From a candidate division WWE3 bacterium RIFCSPHIGHO2_01_FULL_42_13 (GTDB lineage Bacteria > Patescibacteriota > WWE3 > UBA101185 > UBA10185), in contig MEVA01000016.1 of assembly GCA_001772625.1 (NCBI GenBank), positions 298-37,490 of the forward strand: a DNA stretch of 37,193 bases, written 5' to 3'. The position numbers were made by a program, and so were the translations under genes. Below the pieces are notes generated by a model. The model was not told the DNA's origin, ran no database searches, and worked only from the letters and a program-made list of their open reading frames with translations. Of the stretch, positions 16,234-25,303 are shown one piece after another (within the stretch, counting starts at the first letter, position 1; each line of letters starts with the position of its first letter).

Positions 16234-19078
16234 CCCAATCACAGTTTGCTATCACATCAATGTTATGTTCTATTACCAAAACAGTGTTTCCACGGGAAGT
16301 AAGACGTTTAATTATCGTAATAAGTCTTTCTAAATCAGCAAAATGAAGTCCAGTTGTAGGTTCGTCCAAAATATATAAGGTTCTACCTTTCATTTTCTTT
16401 GAAAGTTCGGTTGCAAGTTTTACTCTTTGAGCCTCACCACCAGAAAGTGTTGGCGCAGGTTGTCCAAGCTGAATGTAACCTAAACCTACATCATTTAAAG
16501 TTTTTATTTTTCTACGGATGGCCGGAACATTTTCAAAAAACTGTAAGCCCTCTTCAACAGTCATGTCTAAAACTTCGCTAATGTTTTTATCCTTGTAGGT
16601 TACCTCCAAAGTTTCGCGGTTGTATCTTTTACCTCTACAAACTTCGCAGTTAACATAAACATCTGGCATAAACTGCATTTCAATTTTAATTTGGCCCTCG
16701 CCATCGCACGCTTCACAACGCCCACCCTTAACATTAAAGCTAAACCTTCCGGGGCTGTAACCGCGGATTCTTGCCGCTTCAGTTTTAGCAAAAAGGGTGC
16801 GGATATAATCAAAGGTTTTGGTGTAAGTGGCGGGGTTGGATTTAGGTGTTCTGCCAATTGGGGATTGATCTATTGCAATTACCTTATCGACATGTTCGGT
16901 GCCTTCTATTGATTTGAAAGGTTCGGCTCTTTCATAAATCTTTAAACCAAAATCTTGTCTTAAAGCCGTATATAAAGTATCCATAACTAAAGACGACTTT
17001 CCCGAACCCGAAACTCCGGTAACACAAACGAATTTTCCAAGCGGCACTTCAAAATTAATATTCTTTAAATTTCTTCCGGTTGCGCCTTTTAGTTTCAAAA
17101 ACTCGCCGTTATAAACTCTTTTTTCTTCGTCCTCATCAATAGCTTCAATGTGCTTCATAACTTGCTTGCCAACTTTCTTCTTTCCGGATAAGTACTGGCC
17201 GGTTAGAGAGTTTTTATCTTTCATTATTTCTGCAGGCGTGCCCTGAGCCACAACTTTTCCTCCGTGTGCACCAGCTCCAGGCCCAAAATCCACAATATGA
17301 TCGCTTTCCATCATAGTCTCGGTATCGTGCTCAACTACCAAAACCGTATTTCCCAGATCTCTTAAGTTTTTCAAGGTTTTAATCAAACGTCCCTGATCCT
17401 TTTGATGAAGCCCAATTGAAGGTTCGTCCAAAACATACAAAACTCCGGATAACCCCGAGCCAATTTGCGAGGCGAGTCTAATTCTTTGAGCCTCACCACC
17501 AGATAAATCTCCAGCAGCTCTACTTAAAGTTAAGTAACTTAATCCCACGTCAACCAAAAACTTAATCCTATACATAATTTCTTTCATAATTGGCGTTGCA
17601 ATGGTTTGTTCACGTTCCGAGCTTTTTTCATGAAGTTCCCCGCACCACTTAGCTAAAATATCCACGGACATTTCAGCAATCTCAAATATACTTTTTCCAT
17701 CTATAACCACACCCATCGCCGTGTCATTCAAACGTGAACCTAAACACTTGGGACACGGTTCCTTAACCATATACTTTTCAATTTCACGTCTTATAAAATC
17801 GGAATTGGTCTCTTTATGTCTGCGGATTAAATTTGGGACAATTCCTTCAAAACGCGCGTGGAAAACATTTCTTTGTCCATCCTTAACATACTCAACTTTA
17901 AACCTTTCATCGGTTGGGGTTCCGTAAAAAAGAATTCTGCGTGAAGCTTTATCAAGTTCGCCAATTGGAGTTTTTAAAGAAAAGCCGTAGGTCTTAGAAA
18001 CAGCTTCCACAACCCTTGCCGTCCATGAGTACGAGTCAAAAAGGCTTGACCACGGGAAAACCCCGCCCTCTTTAATACTTAGCCGCGGATTTACTACCAA
18101 GTCTTCCTCGATGTTTAGCTGCGTCCCCAAACCATCACAAACTAAACAGGCTCCGTGAGGCGAGTTAAACGAAAACATTCTAGGTTCCAAGTCCGGTAAA
18201 GAAATTCCACAGTGCGGACAAGCAAAATTTTCCGAAAACATCTGGTCTTCAAACTTTTTGGGTTTGGAATCTGCGGTAAAATCAAAATCTTTATCTTTAA
18301 CAATTGTTAAAACAACATAACCACTACTAAGTTTTAACGCAGTTTCTACAGTTTGATGAAGCAAACTGTGCAAAGCTTTTTCCTCCCCTGCCTCCTTAAG
18401 TTTTTTGTGGGTTACTATTTGACGGGAAAGAATAGCTTCAATTGTATGTTTGTTGGTTTTTATAAGCTCCAGGTGATCACTTAAGTCGTAGATTTGACCG
18501 TCAATACGGGCTCTAACGATACTCTGCTTTTGAAGGTTTTCAAAAAGCGCAGAATACTCTCCCTTTCGATCTCTAATCACCGGAGACAAAATCATTAAGC
18601 GAACTCCCCGCGCTGTTTTAAACTCCGGCTGCTCATGAATAGTTTTTAAAATATTATCAACAATTTGTTGTGAACTTTGTCTGCTAATCTCACGCCCACA
18701 CTGCGGACAATGAGGGTGACCAATTCGCGCGTATAAAAGTCGCAAGAAATCGTAAACTTCGGTAACAGTTCCAACGGTTGAGCGTGGATTATTGGAAGTA
18801 GTTTTTTGATCAATAGCAATTGCGGGGGAAAGTCCTTCAATACTATCAACATCAGGCTTGTCCATTACTCCTAAAAACTGCCGCGCGTAAGCGGAAAGGC
18901 TTTCAACATATCTGCGCTGGCCTTCGGCATAAATTGTATCCATCGCAAGAGACGATTTTCCCGAACCGGAAACGCCAGTAAATACCACGAACTTATTTTT
19001 GGGAATTTTCAAATCAATGTTCTTTAAGTTGTGCTGACGGGCACCACGGACTGTAATTGTATCTTGAGGGTTTGGCAT
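16091..19078 (-). CDS. uvrA: Excinuclease ABC subunit A
   Basis: GARQHNLK, two GVSGSGKSS Walker A motifs, two LSGGEAQR signatures, zinc-finger Cys pairs. Confidence 0.99.
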   Translation of the reverse strand: MPNPQDTITVRGARQHNLKNIDLKIPKNKFVVFTGVSGSGKSSLAMDTIYAEGQRRYVESLSAYARQFLGVMDKPDVDSIEGLSPAIAIDQKTTSNNPRSTVGTVTEVYDFLRLLYARIGHPHCPQCGREISRQSSQQIVDNILKTIHEQPEFKTARGVRLMILSPVIRDRKGEYSALFENLQKQSIVRARIDGQIYDLSDHLELIKTNKHTIEAILSRQIVTHKKLKEAGEEKALHSLLHQTVETALKLSSGYVVLTIVKDKDFDFTADSKPKKFEDQMFSENFACPHCGISLPDLEPRMFSFNSPHGACLVCDGLGTQLNIEEDLVVNPRLSIKEGGVFPWSSLFDSYSWTARVVEAVSKTYGFSLKTPIGELDKASRRILFYGTPTDERFKVEYVKDGQRNVFHARFEGIVPNLIRRHKETNSDFIRREIEKYMVKEPCPKCLGSRLNDTAMGVVIDGKSIFEIAEMSVDILAKWCGELHEKSSEREQTIATPIMKEIMYRIKFLVDVGLSYLTLSRAAGDLSGGEAQRIRLASQIGSGLSGVLYVLDEPSIGLHQKDQGRLIKTLKNLRDLGNTVLVVEHDTETMMESDHIVDFGPGAGAHGGKVVAQGTPAEIMKDKNSLTGQYLSGKKKVGKQVMKHIEAIDEDEEKRVYNGEFLKLKGATGRNLKNINFEVPLGKFVCVTGVSGSGKSSLVMDTLYTALRQDFGLKIYERAEPFKSIEGTEHVDKVIAIDQSPIGRTPKSNPATYTKTFDYIRTLFAKTEAARIRGYSPGRFSFNVKGGRCEACDGEGQIKIEMQFMPDVYVNCEVCRGKRYNRETLEVTYKDKNISEVLDMTVEEGLQFFENVPAIRRKIKTLNDVGLGYIQLGQPAPTLSGGEAQRVKLATELSKKMKGRTLYILDEPTTGLHFADLERLITIIKRLTSRGNTVLVIEHNIDVIANCDWVIDLGPEGGEAGGEILFSGPRDELPANKSSYTAEVLRQQLQKEKKLV

Positions 19079-19087
19079 GACCTATTT

Positions 19088-19116
19088 ATATTACGGTAAA
19101 GTTTCGGGTTTGTGAA
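19088..19116 (-). promoter_or_regulatory. uvrA promoter with overlapping candidate LexA operator
   Basis: TTCACA-17-TAATAT on the minus strand. Plus-strand TACGG-taaagt-TTCGG at 19092-19107 covers the spacer and the -10 edge. Confidence 0.7.
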
Positions 19117-19138
19117 TAGGAAATTGAAAGTGTATACT
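19110..19138 (+). promoter_or_regulatory. Promoter of fbp, divergent from uvrA with overlapping -35
   Basis: TTGTGA (19110-19115), 17 nt, TATACT (19133-19138), followed by the small hairpin TGCGG-AAAA-CCGCA and an AAGGAG SD. Confidence 0.55.
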
Positions 19139-19187
19139 CGTCTTTATCCTATAAGCTATGTGCGGAAAACCGCAGAAGGAGAGACCA

Positions 19188-20327
19188 GTGGCAAATTCAA
19201 ACTTGCTTACCCTCACTGCTATTAAGGCAGATGTTGGAAGCAGAGGAGGGCACACCCAACCTTCAGAAGAAATGGTTGCGGTGTGTGAGGAAGAAATGCA
19301 CAATGCAGTTGGCGAGACACTCTTGGACTGTCGTGTGACAACTACAGGCGATGATATTTGCATGTTGATGTCGCATCTTCCGGAGAACGGCCCAAGCGTA
19401 AATGATCTTGCATGGAAAGCGTTGGATCGGGCCGGGGACATTGCAAAAACGCAAGGTCTCTATGGAGCAAAGCAAGACTTGCTCACAAGCGCGCCATCTG
19501 GAAATGTCCGAGGGGCAGGGCCTGGTGTCGCTTCAATCACCTTCGCCACAGACGCCCCGGAACGCCCAGCCGAAACATTCATGGTGGTGACAGCCGACAA
19601 GTGTGGGCCAGGCATTTTCAACTTCCTGTTCGGAAAGGTTTTCACCGATCCCGACATGGCTGCCGGCTTGATGTTACCAAATATGCTTGATGGGTTCACT
19701 TTCACCATGATTGATATGGAGCATGTTGAACCAGGAAAGAATGTTGACAGGGTAATCAGGCTCGACGGTGGGAAGGAACTTCCCAAACTGAAGTTGCTAC
19801 TTCGTGGAGAAGATGAGTATGGGATTTTAGCGATCCACTCCAACCGATACCCGCACCAACAGGTGGCATCGACATCCACCGACAGACTCCATTCGATTGC
19901 CGGTGTCTACAAGGGTAAGGATGATCCCGTAGGGCTCGTTCGCACACAAGGCATCTTCCCTGCACCAGAAGAGCTTATGTCACCCTTTACGGTAGCGCCA
20001 TATGTTGCGGGTGACGCGCGTGGCAGCCATAACATGCCTCTCATGCCTGTGCCTATCAACACAGCCGTAACTGGGGTGTACTGCTTGCCGATCGTGTCGG
20101 CGATGGCGTACTCCATTACGCCAGAGGGGATGTTTTCTGAGGGCGTAGACATGTTTGACAACCCAGCTTGGGACAGCACTCGTAAAAAGGCCCAGCTAAA
20201 AGCTATGCTGATGCGCGAACAAGGATCCTTCGGATGTGCCATGCTACCTTACAGCCAGCTTGAATATGCTGCCTACAGGAAAGTTATGGAGGATCTTAAT
20301 GAAAGGTTTGTAACTGAGAGTCGTTAA
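19188..20327 (+). CDS. fbp: Fructose-1,6-bisphosphate aldolase/phosphatase (FBPase class V)
   Basis: IKADVGS..GH, GDD, QGLYGAKQDLL, GNVRGAGP, ADK.GPG, YKGKDDP (Tyr and Schiff-base Lys), RGSH..PLMPV. Start placed at GTG 19188 behind AAGGAG. Confidence 0.93.
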   Translation: MANSNLLTLTAIKADVGSRGGHTQPSEEMVAVCEEEMHNAVGETLLDCRVTTTGDDICMLMSHLPENGPSVNDLAWKALDRAGDIAKTQGLYGAKQDLLTSAPSGNVRGAGPGVASITFATDAPERPAETFMVVTADKCGPGIFNFLFGKVFTDPDMAAGLMLPNMLDGFTFTMIDMEHVEPGKNVDRVIRLDGGKELPKLKLLLRGEDEYGILAIHSNRYPHQQVASTSTDRLHSIAGVYKGKDDPVGLVRTQGIFPAPEELMSPFTVAPYVAGDARGSHNMPLMPVPINTAVTGVYCLPIVSAMAYSITPEGMFSEGVDMFDNPAWDSTRKKAQLKAMLMREQGSFGCAMLPYSQLEYAAYRKVMEDLNERFVTESR

Positions 20328-20344
20328 AAATCAGTGCAAAACTA

Positions 20345-20395
20345 TGGCACTCGTGCCAAAGGGCAGTTCATTCTTTGAACTGTCCTTAGTTTTTT
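20345..20395 (+). terminator. Tandem hairpins/terminator between convergent fbp and ROK genes
   Basis: TGGCAC-tc-GTGCCA, then GGGCAGTTCA-ttctt-TGAACTGTCC followed by a T-rich run. Confidence 0.7.
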
Positions 20396-21225
20396 CTTAC
20401 CATTTCGTTTATCAAATCGAAGCCGCCTAAAACCCCATTTATATCACCAAGGTCTGATTTCACGACTTTGGGAATCTCGACAATGTTTTCCTCAATCTCT
20501 TTAAACATCGCATCTTTAAACTTTTCGAACTGATTAGACACTCCCCCTCCAAGAATAACTATTTGCGGGCTCCACAAAGCTTGTAAATTAATTATTCCGG
20601 AAGCCACATGCCTTCCAAACTCATCCCAAACCTTCTGATCCTCGCAAGTTTCGGGATCAACCCCATAAAATTCTCTAAGAGCTGAGCCTGAAGCATAAGC
20701 TTCAAAATGTCCTTTGGGAACTTCCCTATTAGGAAATCTTCTTCCGCCTTCTAATATGACTTGTCTACCCGGCTCCAAATTTCTAGGCGTGTTGAGTATT
20801 TTCTTATCCAAAATTAATGTGCCGCCAAGGCCAGTGCTTAAAGTTAAGTATGCAACCGCTCTGTAGTTCTTTCCTTGACCTCTTATAGCTTCCCCAAGTC
20901 CAGCTAGTGCGGCGTCATTTTCTACAATCAGATTGGCACCTTTCTCAACTCCAAAGAATTCTTCAAAAGGCATGTCTTTTACACCTGGGATGCGGGGTAT
21001 TCTAAGAACCTTTCTCTCATATCTATCGATCGCTCCCGGAACTCCAATACATACATATTCAACCTCCTCACCATCAATAACTTTAGAAATTGCTTGATGA
21101 ACGGACTTTCTTAATCCTTCAATATCAGGTATCGTTAAAAACCTTTCAATCTTATAAATCTCCTTCAAATCTTTCGAGGAGGCAACCCGTGTATTTGTTC
21201 CGCCTAAATCTATTGAGATATACAT
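20386..21225 (-). CDS. ROK family sugar kinase
   Basis: IDLGGT, ENDA, STGLGG, EAYASG, ILGGGV; no Cys-rich Zn motif. Confidence 0.9.
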   Translation of the reverse strand: MYISIDLGGTNTRVASSKDLKEIYKIERFLTIPDIEGLRKSVHQAISKVIDGEEVEYVCIGVPGAIDRYERKVLRIPRIPGVKDMPFEEFFGVEKGANLIVENDAALAGLGEAIRGQGKNYRAVAYLTLSTGLGGTLILDKKILNTPRNLEPGRQVILEGGRRFPNREVPKGHFEAYASGSALREFYGVDPETCEDQKVWDEFGRHVASGIINLQALWSPQIVILGGGVSNQFEKFKDAMFKEIEENIVEIPKVVKSDLGDINGVLGGFDLINEMVRKN

Positions 21226-21884
21226 ATTACCTCCACATCTTCCATTTCTTTAAAAACTAACGCCGGAAACTTAGCAATTTCTTCTTCTCTCATTATATCC
21301 TCAAAAGCTTTAAGTTTTTCTTTGGTATTCAAAAGCACAATGGCAACATCAACATGATTTCTTATGGTATTAAGGGTTAAGGTAACTCTTTCACCGTATT
21401 TATCCCCACTTTTATATCCAATCACTAACTCTTCTGAAGCAATAGCTGGACTGTCCGGAACAATACCCGCAATATGTCCAGCCTCACTTACCCCAAAAAC
21501 TCCAATTATTCTTCCAGCGTATTCAACAAAAAGGTCAGATAGCTTTGACGCGTAAAGTATCGAGGTCTTTTCAACAGTGTTTTCGCCTATTAGCATAGGA
21601 TGAAACCTTCTACCTTCTCTTTCTATGCGAACCAGTAAGCCCGAGTCCTTAATCATTCTATAGTTACTAAACTCATGCATGGGAAAGGTTCCCCAGCGGT
21701 CATCAACCTGTGCGGTGTCTCGTGGCAGTTTGAAACTATCGTTATTAGCCATCTGAAAATAGAGTTCTTCAGGAGATTTACCACCGGAAAGAAGTAATAA
21801 ATAATCGTTAAATTTGTTTAACAGGTTTATAACGTACTCGGCCTGTTTTTCAACAGATTTTACTTTGACGATTCTTATGGACAT
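21210..21884 (-). CDS. 6-phosphogluconolactonase / NagB-like family protein
   Basis: LSGGKSP, VDDR, GVSEAGHIAGI, ERVTLT and FPA resemble the 6PGL fold motifs SGGxTP, DER, GxDGHxAS and RITLT. Confidence 0.75.
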   Translation of the reverse strand: MSIRIVKVKSVEKQAEYVINLLNKFNDYLLLLSGGKSPEELYFQMANNDSFKLPRDTAQVDDRWGTFPMHEFSNYRMIKDSGLLVRIEREGRRFHPMLIGENTVEKTSILYASKLSDLFVEYAGRIIGVFGVSEAGHIAGIVPDSPAIASEELVIGYKSGDKYGERVTLTLNTIRNHVDVAIVLLNTKEKLKAFEDIMREEEIAKFPALVFKEMEDVEVICISQ

Positions 21885-21892
21885 TAAGAAAA

Positions 21893-22441
21893 TTATACAT
21901 GGAAGCGGAGGAACTCAAAAAAGCTAACAGCAAGCTTAAAATCCATCGGGAAAAGCCCAACAAGCCCAAGCCTGCGATTTCCAAACTCTTTATAGATGAA
22001 AGCCACGTTATTAAGCCTAGATGAACTTATATTAATGTGATTTGTTACAAGTGTCGGGTAAAGCGAAAAGTTGTCTTCAATAAAATTCCAGATCTTCTTT
22101 GGGTTTTCAAGAAAATTCAGAACCTTGCCAACCTCATCGTGAGTTTCTAAATACCTTAAGCCGCGTAGTTTTACGCTCTTTTTGCCTAAACTAAAGGCAC
22201 AACAACCCAAAGCCTCTGAAAAATACTCCAGCAAACCACCTATATCGTTGTTTCTCACAACTTCTTTAACAAAATTGTCTAAACGAAGTTGATAGTGCAG
22301 CGGCAACTCAAAATCGTTAAAAACAATTTCTGAAAGGTACTTCCTAAAAAGCTTATCGGTGACGACGTCTGAATCTTCACCATTAAGCTTTTGAAATACC
22401 CTTATATTTAAGTTTGTTAGTTTAGTTCCACTACTTTCCAA
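21893..22441 (-). CDS. Hypothetical protein, degenerate HrcA-like without DNA-binding domain
   Basis: VTDKLFRKYLSEI resembles PTDKGYRxYV; LGLVGLFPMDF resembles GVIGPxRMDY. TTG start uncertain. Confidence 0.5.
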   Translation of the reverse strand: MESSGTKLTNLNIRVFQKLNGEDSDVVTDKLFRKYLSEIVFNDFELPLHYQLRLDNFVKEVVRNNDIGGLLEYFSEALGCCAFSLGKKSVKLRGLRYLETHDEVGKVLNFLENPKKIWNFIEDNFSLYPTLVTNHINISSSRLNNVAFIYKEFGNRRLGLVGLFPMDFKLAVSFFEFLRFHV

Positions 22442-22480
22442 CCAAAACCAGTTGAGCAGGTGAACTGTCTTTCAATCTTA

Positions 22481-22861
22481 TTAATAATTACAGCTTACGG
22501 TAAGTTCTTGTCCTTCACTTATCTCCGACCAAACGCTTAGGCCATTTTCTGCAGCAATGAGGTTGTACATTTCTCCATCACCACAAACTCTTTCTGCTAC
22601 CTGCCAAAGCCCCTCGCCAGCCTGAACTGTAACTATGTTAGGGGTGCCTGCGGTTTCTTCTGTTTGAGTTTCCTGCGCGTTGAAGATTTCGTTAAGTAAC
22701 CCGCCTCTGTCTTCGGAAGTGTTACCAAAGTACCAAATGCTAAAAGCGGCAATAAGAACAAGAATTACGACTCCGGTAAGAAGATTTCCCCAGTTTGCTT
22801 CGGGGTTATCCCTTCTTATAGAAGCCATGAAATTGTTTAAACCTTGTCTAAATCTATTCAC
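22481..22861 (-). CDS. Membrane-anchored LysM domain protein
   Basis: Single TM then VTVQAGEGLWQVAERVCG...IAAENGL...ISEGQELTV. Likely GTG start at 22861 behind GGGGGTGA (ORF track start 22876). Confidence 0.88.
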   Translation of the reverse strand: MNRFRQGLNNFMASIRRDNPEANWGNLLTGVVILVLIAAFSIWYFGNTSEDRGGLLNEIFNAQETQTEETAGTPNIVTVQAGEGLWQVAERVCGDGEMYNLIAAENGLSVWSEISEGQELTVSCNY

Positions 22862-22884
22862 AAAGTTCACCCCCAATCAAAGAA

Positions 22885-25230
22885 TTAATCATCGTTATCA
22901 TCCTTTTTGTTATCATCGGAGGGATCGCACAGGTGTGCGGGGGCAGAACCCTTAACAAATACTTCACTTCTATTATCACATTCTGGGTCAACTTTTACAA
23001 AGACGTTGGAGGGGGCTTCAAAAGGCTCATTTGGCTTTCCCTCTAAGAGAACTAGCATTATTTTATTCCAGATAGGCGATGCTCCCGAAAGTCCCGAACT
23101 GAGTATTGGGTTCATCGGGGTGTTGTCGTTATTTCCCACCCACGTTCCAACCGTAAAAGAGGGCGTATAACCAAATGTCCAGTTATCACGTTTGGAATCT
23201 GTAGTTCCGGTTTTTACCGCAACCTGATGGCCTGGTATAACTAAAGTGCTATTGGGGCCAAACGCCGCGCTTCTTGCATTGTTATCCGACAGAATATTTG
23301 AGATTAAATACGAAACCCCTTTTGAAATAAGCCCACGGCCCTCGGATTCAGCATTGTAAATTTCATAACCGTTAGCGTCTTTTATAGATAAAATTGGCTC
23401 AACCTTTTTGTACTCGCCACTACGCGCAAAAGTGGCGTACAAGTTCGCTAGATCCAAAAGTCTTATTTCTTTTCCACCCAAAGTAATGGAAATTCCATAC
23501 GATCCGTCAACTTCCCATCTTTGAAATCCCAGCTTTTTGCCAAATTCTACAATTTTGTCAGGTCCTAAAGTGTTTGCCACTTTTACCGCCGGTATATTGT
23601 ACGAATTGGCAAGCGCCTGCCTTAACGTAACTTTCCCGTGATATCTCCCATCGTAGTTTACTGGCGTGTAGGGTGCAGAACCTGGAAAACTAAAGGTAAT
23701 CTTTTCGTCTTCTATAACGGTTGCGGGCGTAAACCCGTTTTCTAAAGCTAAGGCGTAGGTTAGAGGCTTGATTGAAGAACCTGGCTGTCTGAAAGCCGTA
23801 ATAATATCTACTTCTCCGTCAATTGTGTCGCTGAAAAAGTCCGTGGAGCCAACATAGCTTAAAACTTCACCATTTCTTGAGTCTAAAACCAGCGCCGCCC
23901 CGTTTGAAAAGTTAAGATACGAGTTATTAACCACTTCGCTTGTCACAATATCCTGAACCTTGTTTTGCAAATCCAAATCTAGAGTTGTTGTAATTGTAAG
24001 ACCGCCTAAATTTACCAGACGGGTTCCGTATTCATGCTCCAGTTGGTCGCGGATGAAATTAACAAAATGGGGCGCTCTTATGTATTCTGTCTGTGGCGAG
24101 AAGTTTAGGGTTTCTGCTAAAGCCAAATCCACATCTGCCCGGCTCGCGTATCCTAACTCAACCATCTGCTCTAAAACCTGCGTCTGCCTCTGCTTACTCG
24201 CCCTTACATTCCCCGTAAAAGGCGAAAAAGAAGATGGTGACGAAGGAAGGCCAGCAAGAAAGGCCGCTTCTGCCAGATTTAAATCTTCAACATTTTTTCC
24301 AAAAAACTTTTGCGAGGCTGACTGAATTCCCCAAGCTGTGCCTCCATAAGAAATGTTATTTAAGTACATCTCAAGAATTTCGTCTTTTGTGTAGGCTTGC
24401 TCGGCCATTAAAGCCACAACTATTTCCTTAGTTTTTCGCGATATTGTTCTTTCAGGATCAAGGAGCACGTTTTTTACCAATTGTTGAGTTATAGTTGAGC
24501 CACCCTGCAAACCACCATTGAAAAGATTATTCCATGCAGCCCGTAACATTGCCCTAAAGTCCACACCAATGTGAGAATAAAAACCTCTATCTTCTATAGC
24601 CAAAGTTGCCTGAATAACATGTTGGGGAATTTTATCAAGCGAAACCGGGTCATAGTTTTTGTCAACATAGATTTCGTAAAGAAGGTGGCCCTGCCTATCT
24701 AAAATGCGTGTGGATTTATGATTTACTTGTGAAAGAAGTTCCGGGCGCGGAAGTTCGCGGTACCAGATATAAACTCTAAAAGGTGTATAAATAAACAAAA
24801 GCGAGAAAATAATTCCGAGAACAAAAGGCGCGTACCTGCTACCCTTAAGCGTTTTTCTAACCTTTCTAACAATTTTACTTTTTTTGCCCTTTTTTAATTC
24901 TTTGACCAAATTTGTGAATTGGGGCTGCAATTTCTTAACGGCCTCCACAGCAAACACTGCGATCTTCAAAACATGTGGTATTAATTTTTTGTAAAATTTG
25001 CGAATTTTCTTTGAAATCGGCTTTAGGTTTGAATTAAGCCTAAGTTTACGAATAGGGCTTTTGATTTTTGGGAATTTGAATTTAAGTTTAGGAAATCTTT
25101 TTGGCTTTAATTTAATCTTGGCCGAAAACCTGACAATTTTTTCAAACGGTAGCAAAACACTTCGGCCAACAAAAATAACAATACCAATCAAAGCAGCTAT
25201 AGAACTGTTTAAAAGCTTTTTAAAATTCAT
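22885..25230 (-). CDS. Class A penicillin-binding protein (PBP1A family, transglycosylase + transpeptidase)
   Basis: EDRGFYSH, GGSTITQQLVKN and RKTKE transglycosylase motifs; SSIK, SYN and KTG transpeptidase motifs. Confidence 0.96.
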   Translation of the reverse strand: MNFKKLLNSSIAALIGIVIFVGRSVLLPFEKIVRFSAKIKLKPKRFPKLKFKFPKIKSPIRKLRLNSNLKPISKKIRKFYKKLIPHVLKIAVFAVEAVKKLQPQFTNLVKELKKGKKSKIVRKVRKTLKGSRYAPFVLGIIFSLLFIYTPFRVYIWYRELPRPELLSQVNHKSTRILDRQGHLLYEIYVDKNYDPVSLDKIPQHVIQATLAIEDRGFYSHIGVDFRAMLRAAWNNLFNGGLQGGSTITQQLVKNVLLDPERTISRKTKEIVVALMAEQAYTKDEILEMYLNNISYGGTAWGIQSASQKFFGKNVEDLNLAEAAFLAGLPSSPSSFSPFTGNVRASKQRQTQVLEQMVELGYASRADVDLALAETLNFSPQTEYIRAPHFVNFIRDQLEHEYGTRLVNLGGLTITTTLDLDLQNKVQDIVTSEVVNNSYLNFSNGAALVLDSRNGEVLSYVGSTDFFSDTIDGEVDIITAFRQPGSSIKPLTYALALENGFTPATVIEDEKITFSFPGSAPYTPVNYDGRYHGKVTLRQALANSYNIPAVKVANTLGPDKIVEFGKKLGFQRWEVDGSYGISITLGGKEIRLLDLANLYATFARSGEYKKVEPILSIKDANGYEIYNAESEGRGLISKGVSYLISNILSDNNARSAAFGPNSTLVIPGHQVAVKTGTTDSKRDNWTFGYTPSFTVGTWVGNNDNTPMNPILSSGLSGASPIWNKIMLVLLEGKPNEPFEAPSNVFVKVDPECDNRSEVFVKGSAPAHLCDPSDDNKKDDNDD

Positions 25231-25303
25231 TAAACGCGATGGCAGGGGAATTTACGCTGGCTTCATTTAACTTCAATGGTAGCCTAGAGTCAAGGAGTTT
25301 GGG

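Noticed and set aside
19091-20242. Multiple overlapping ORFs within fbp
   Set aside because: Shadow frames caused by higher GC; no motifs or expression signals.
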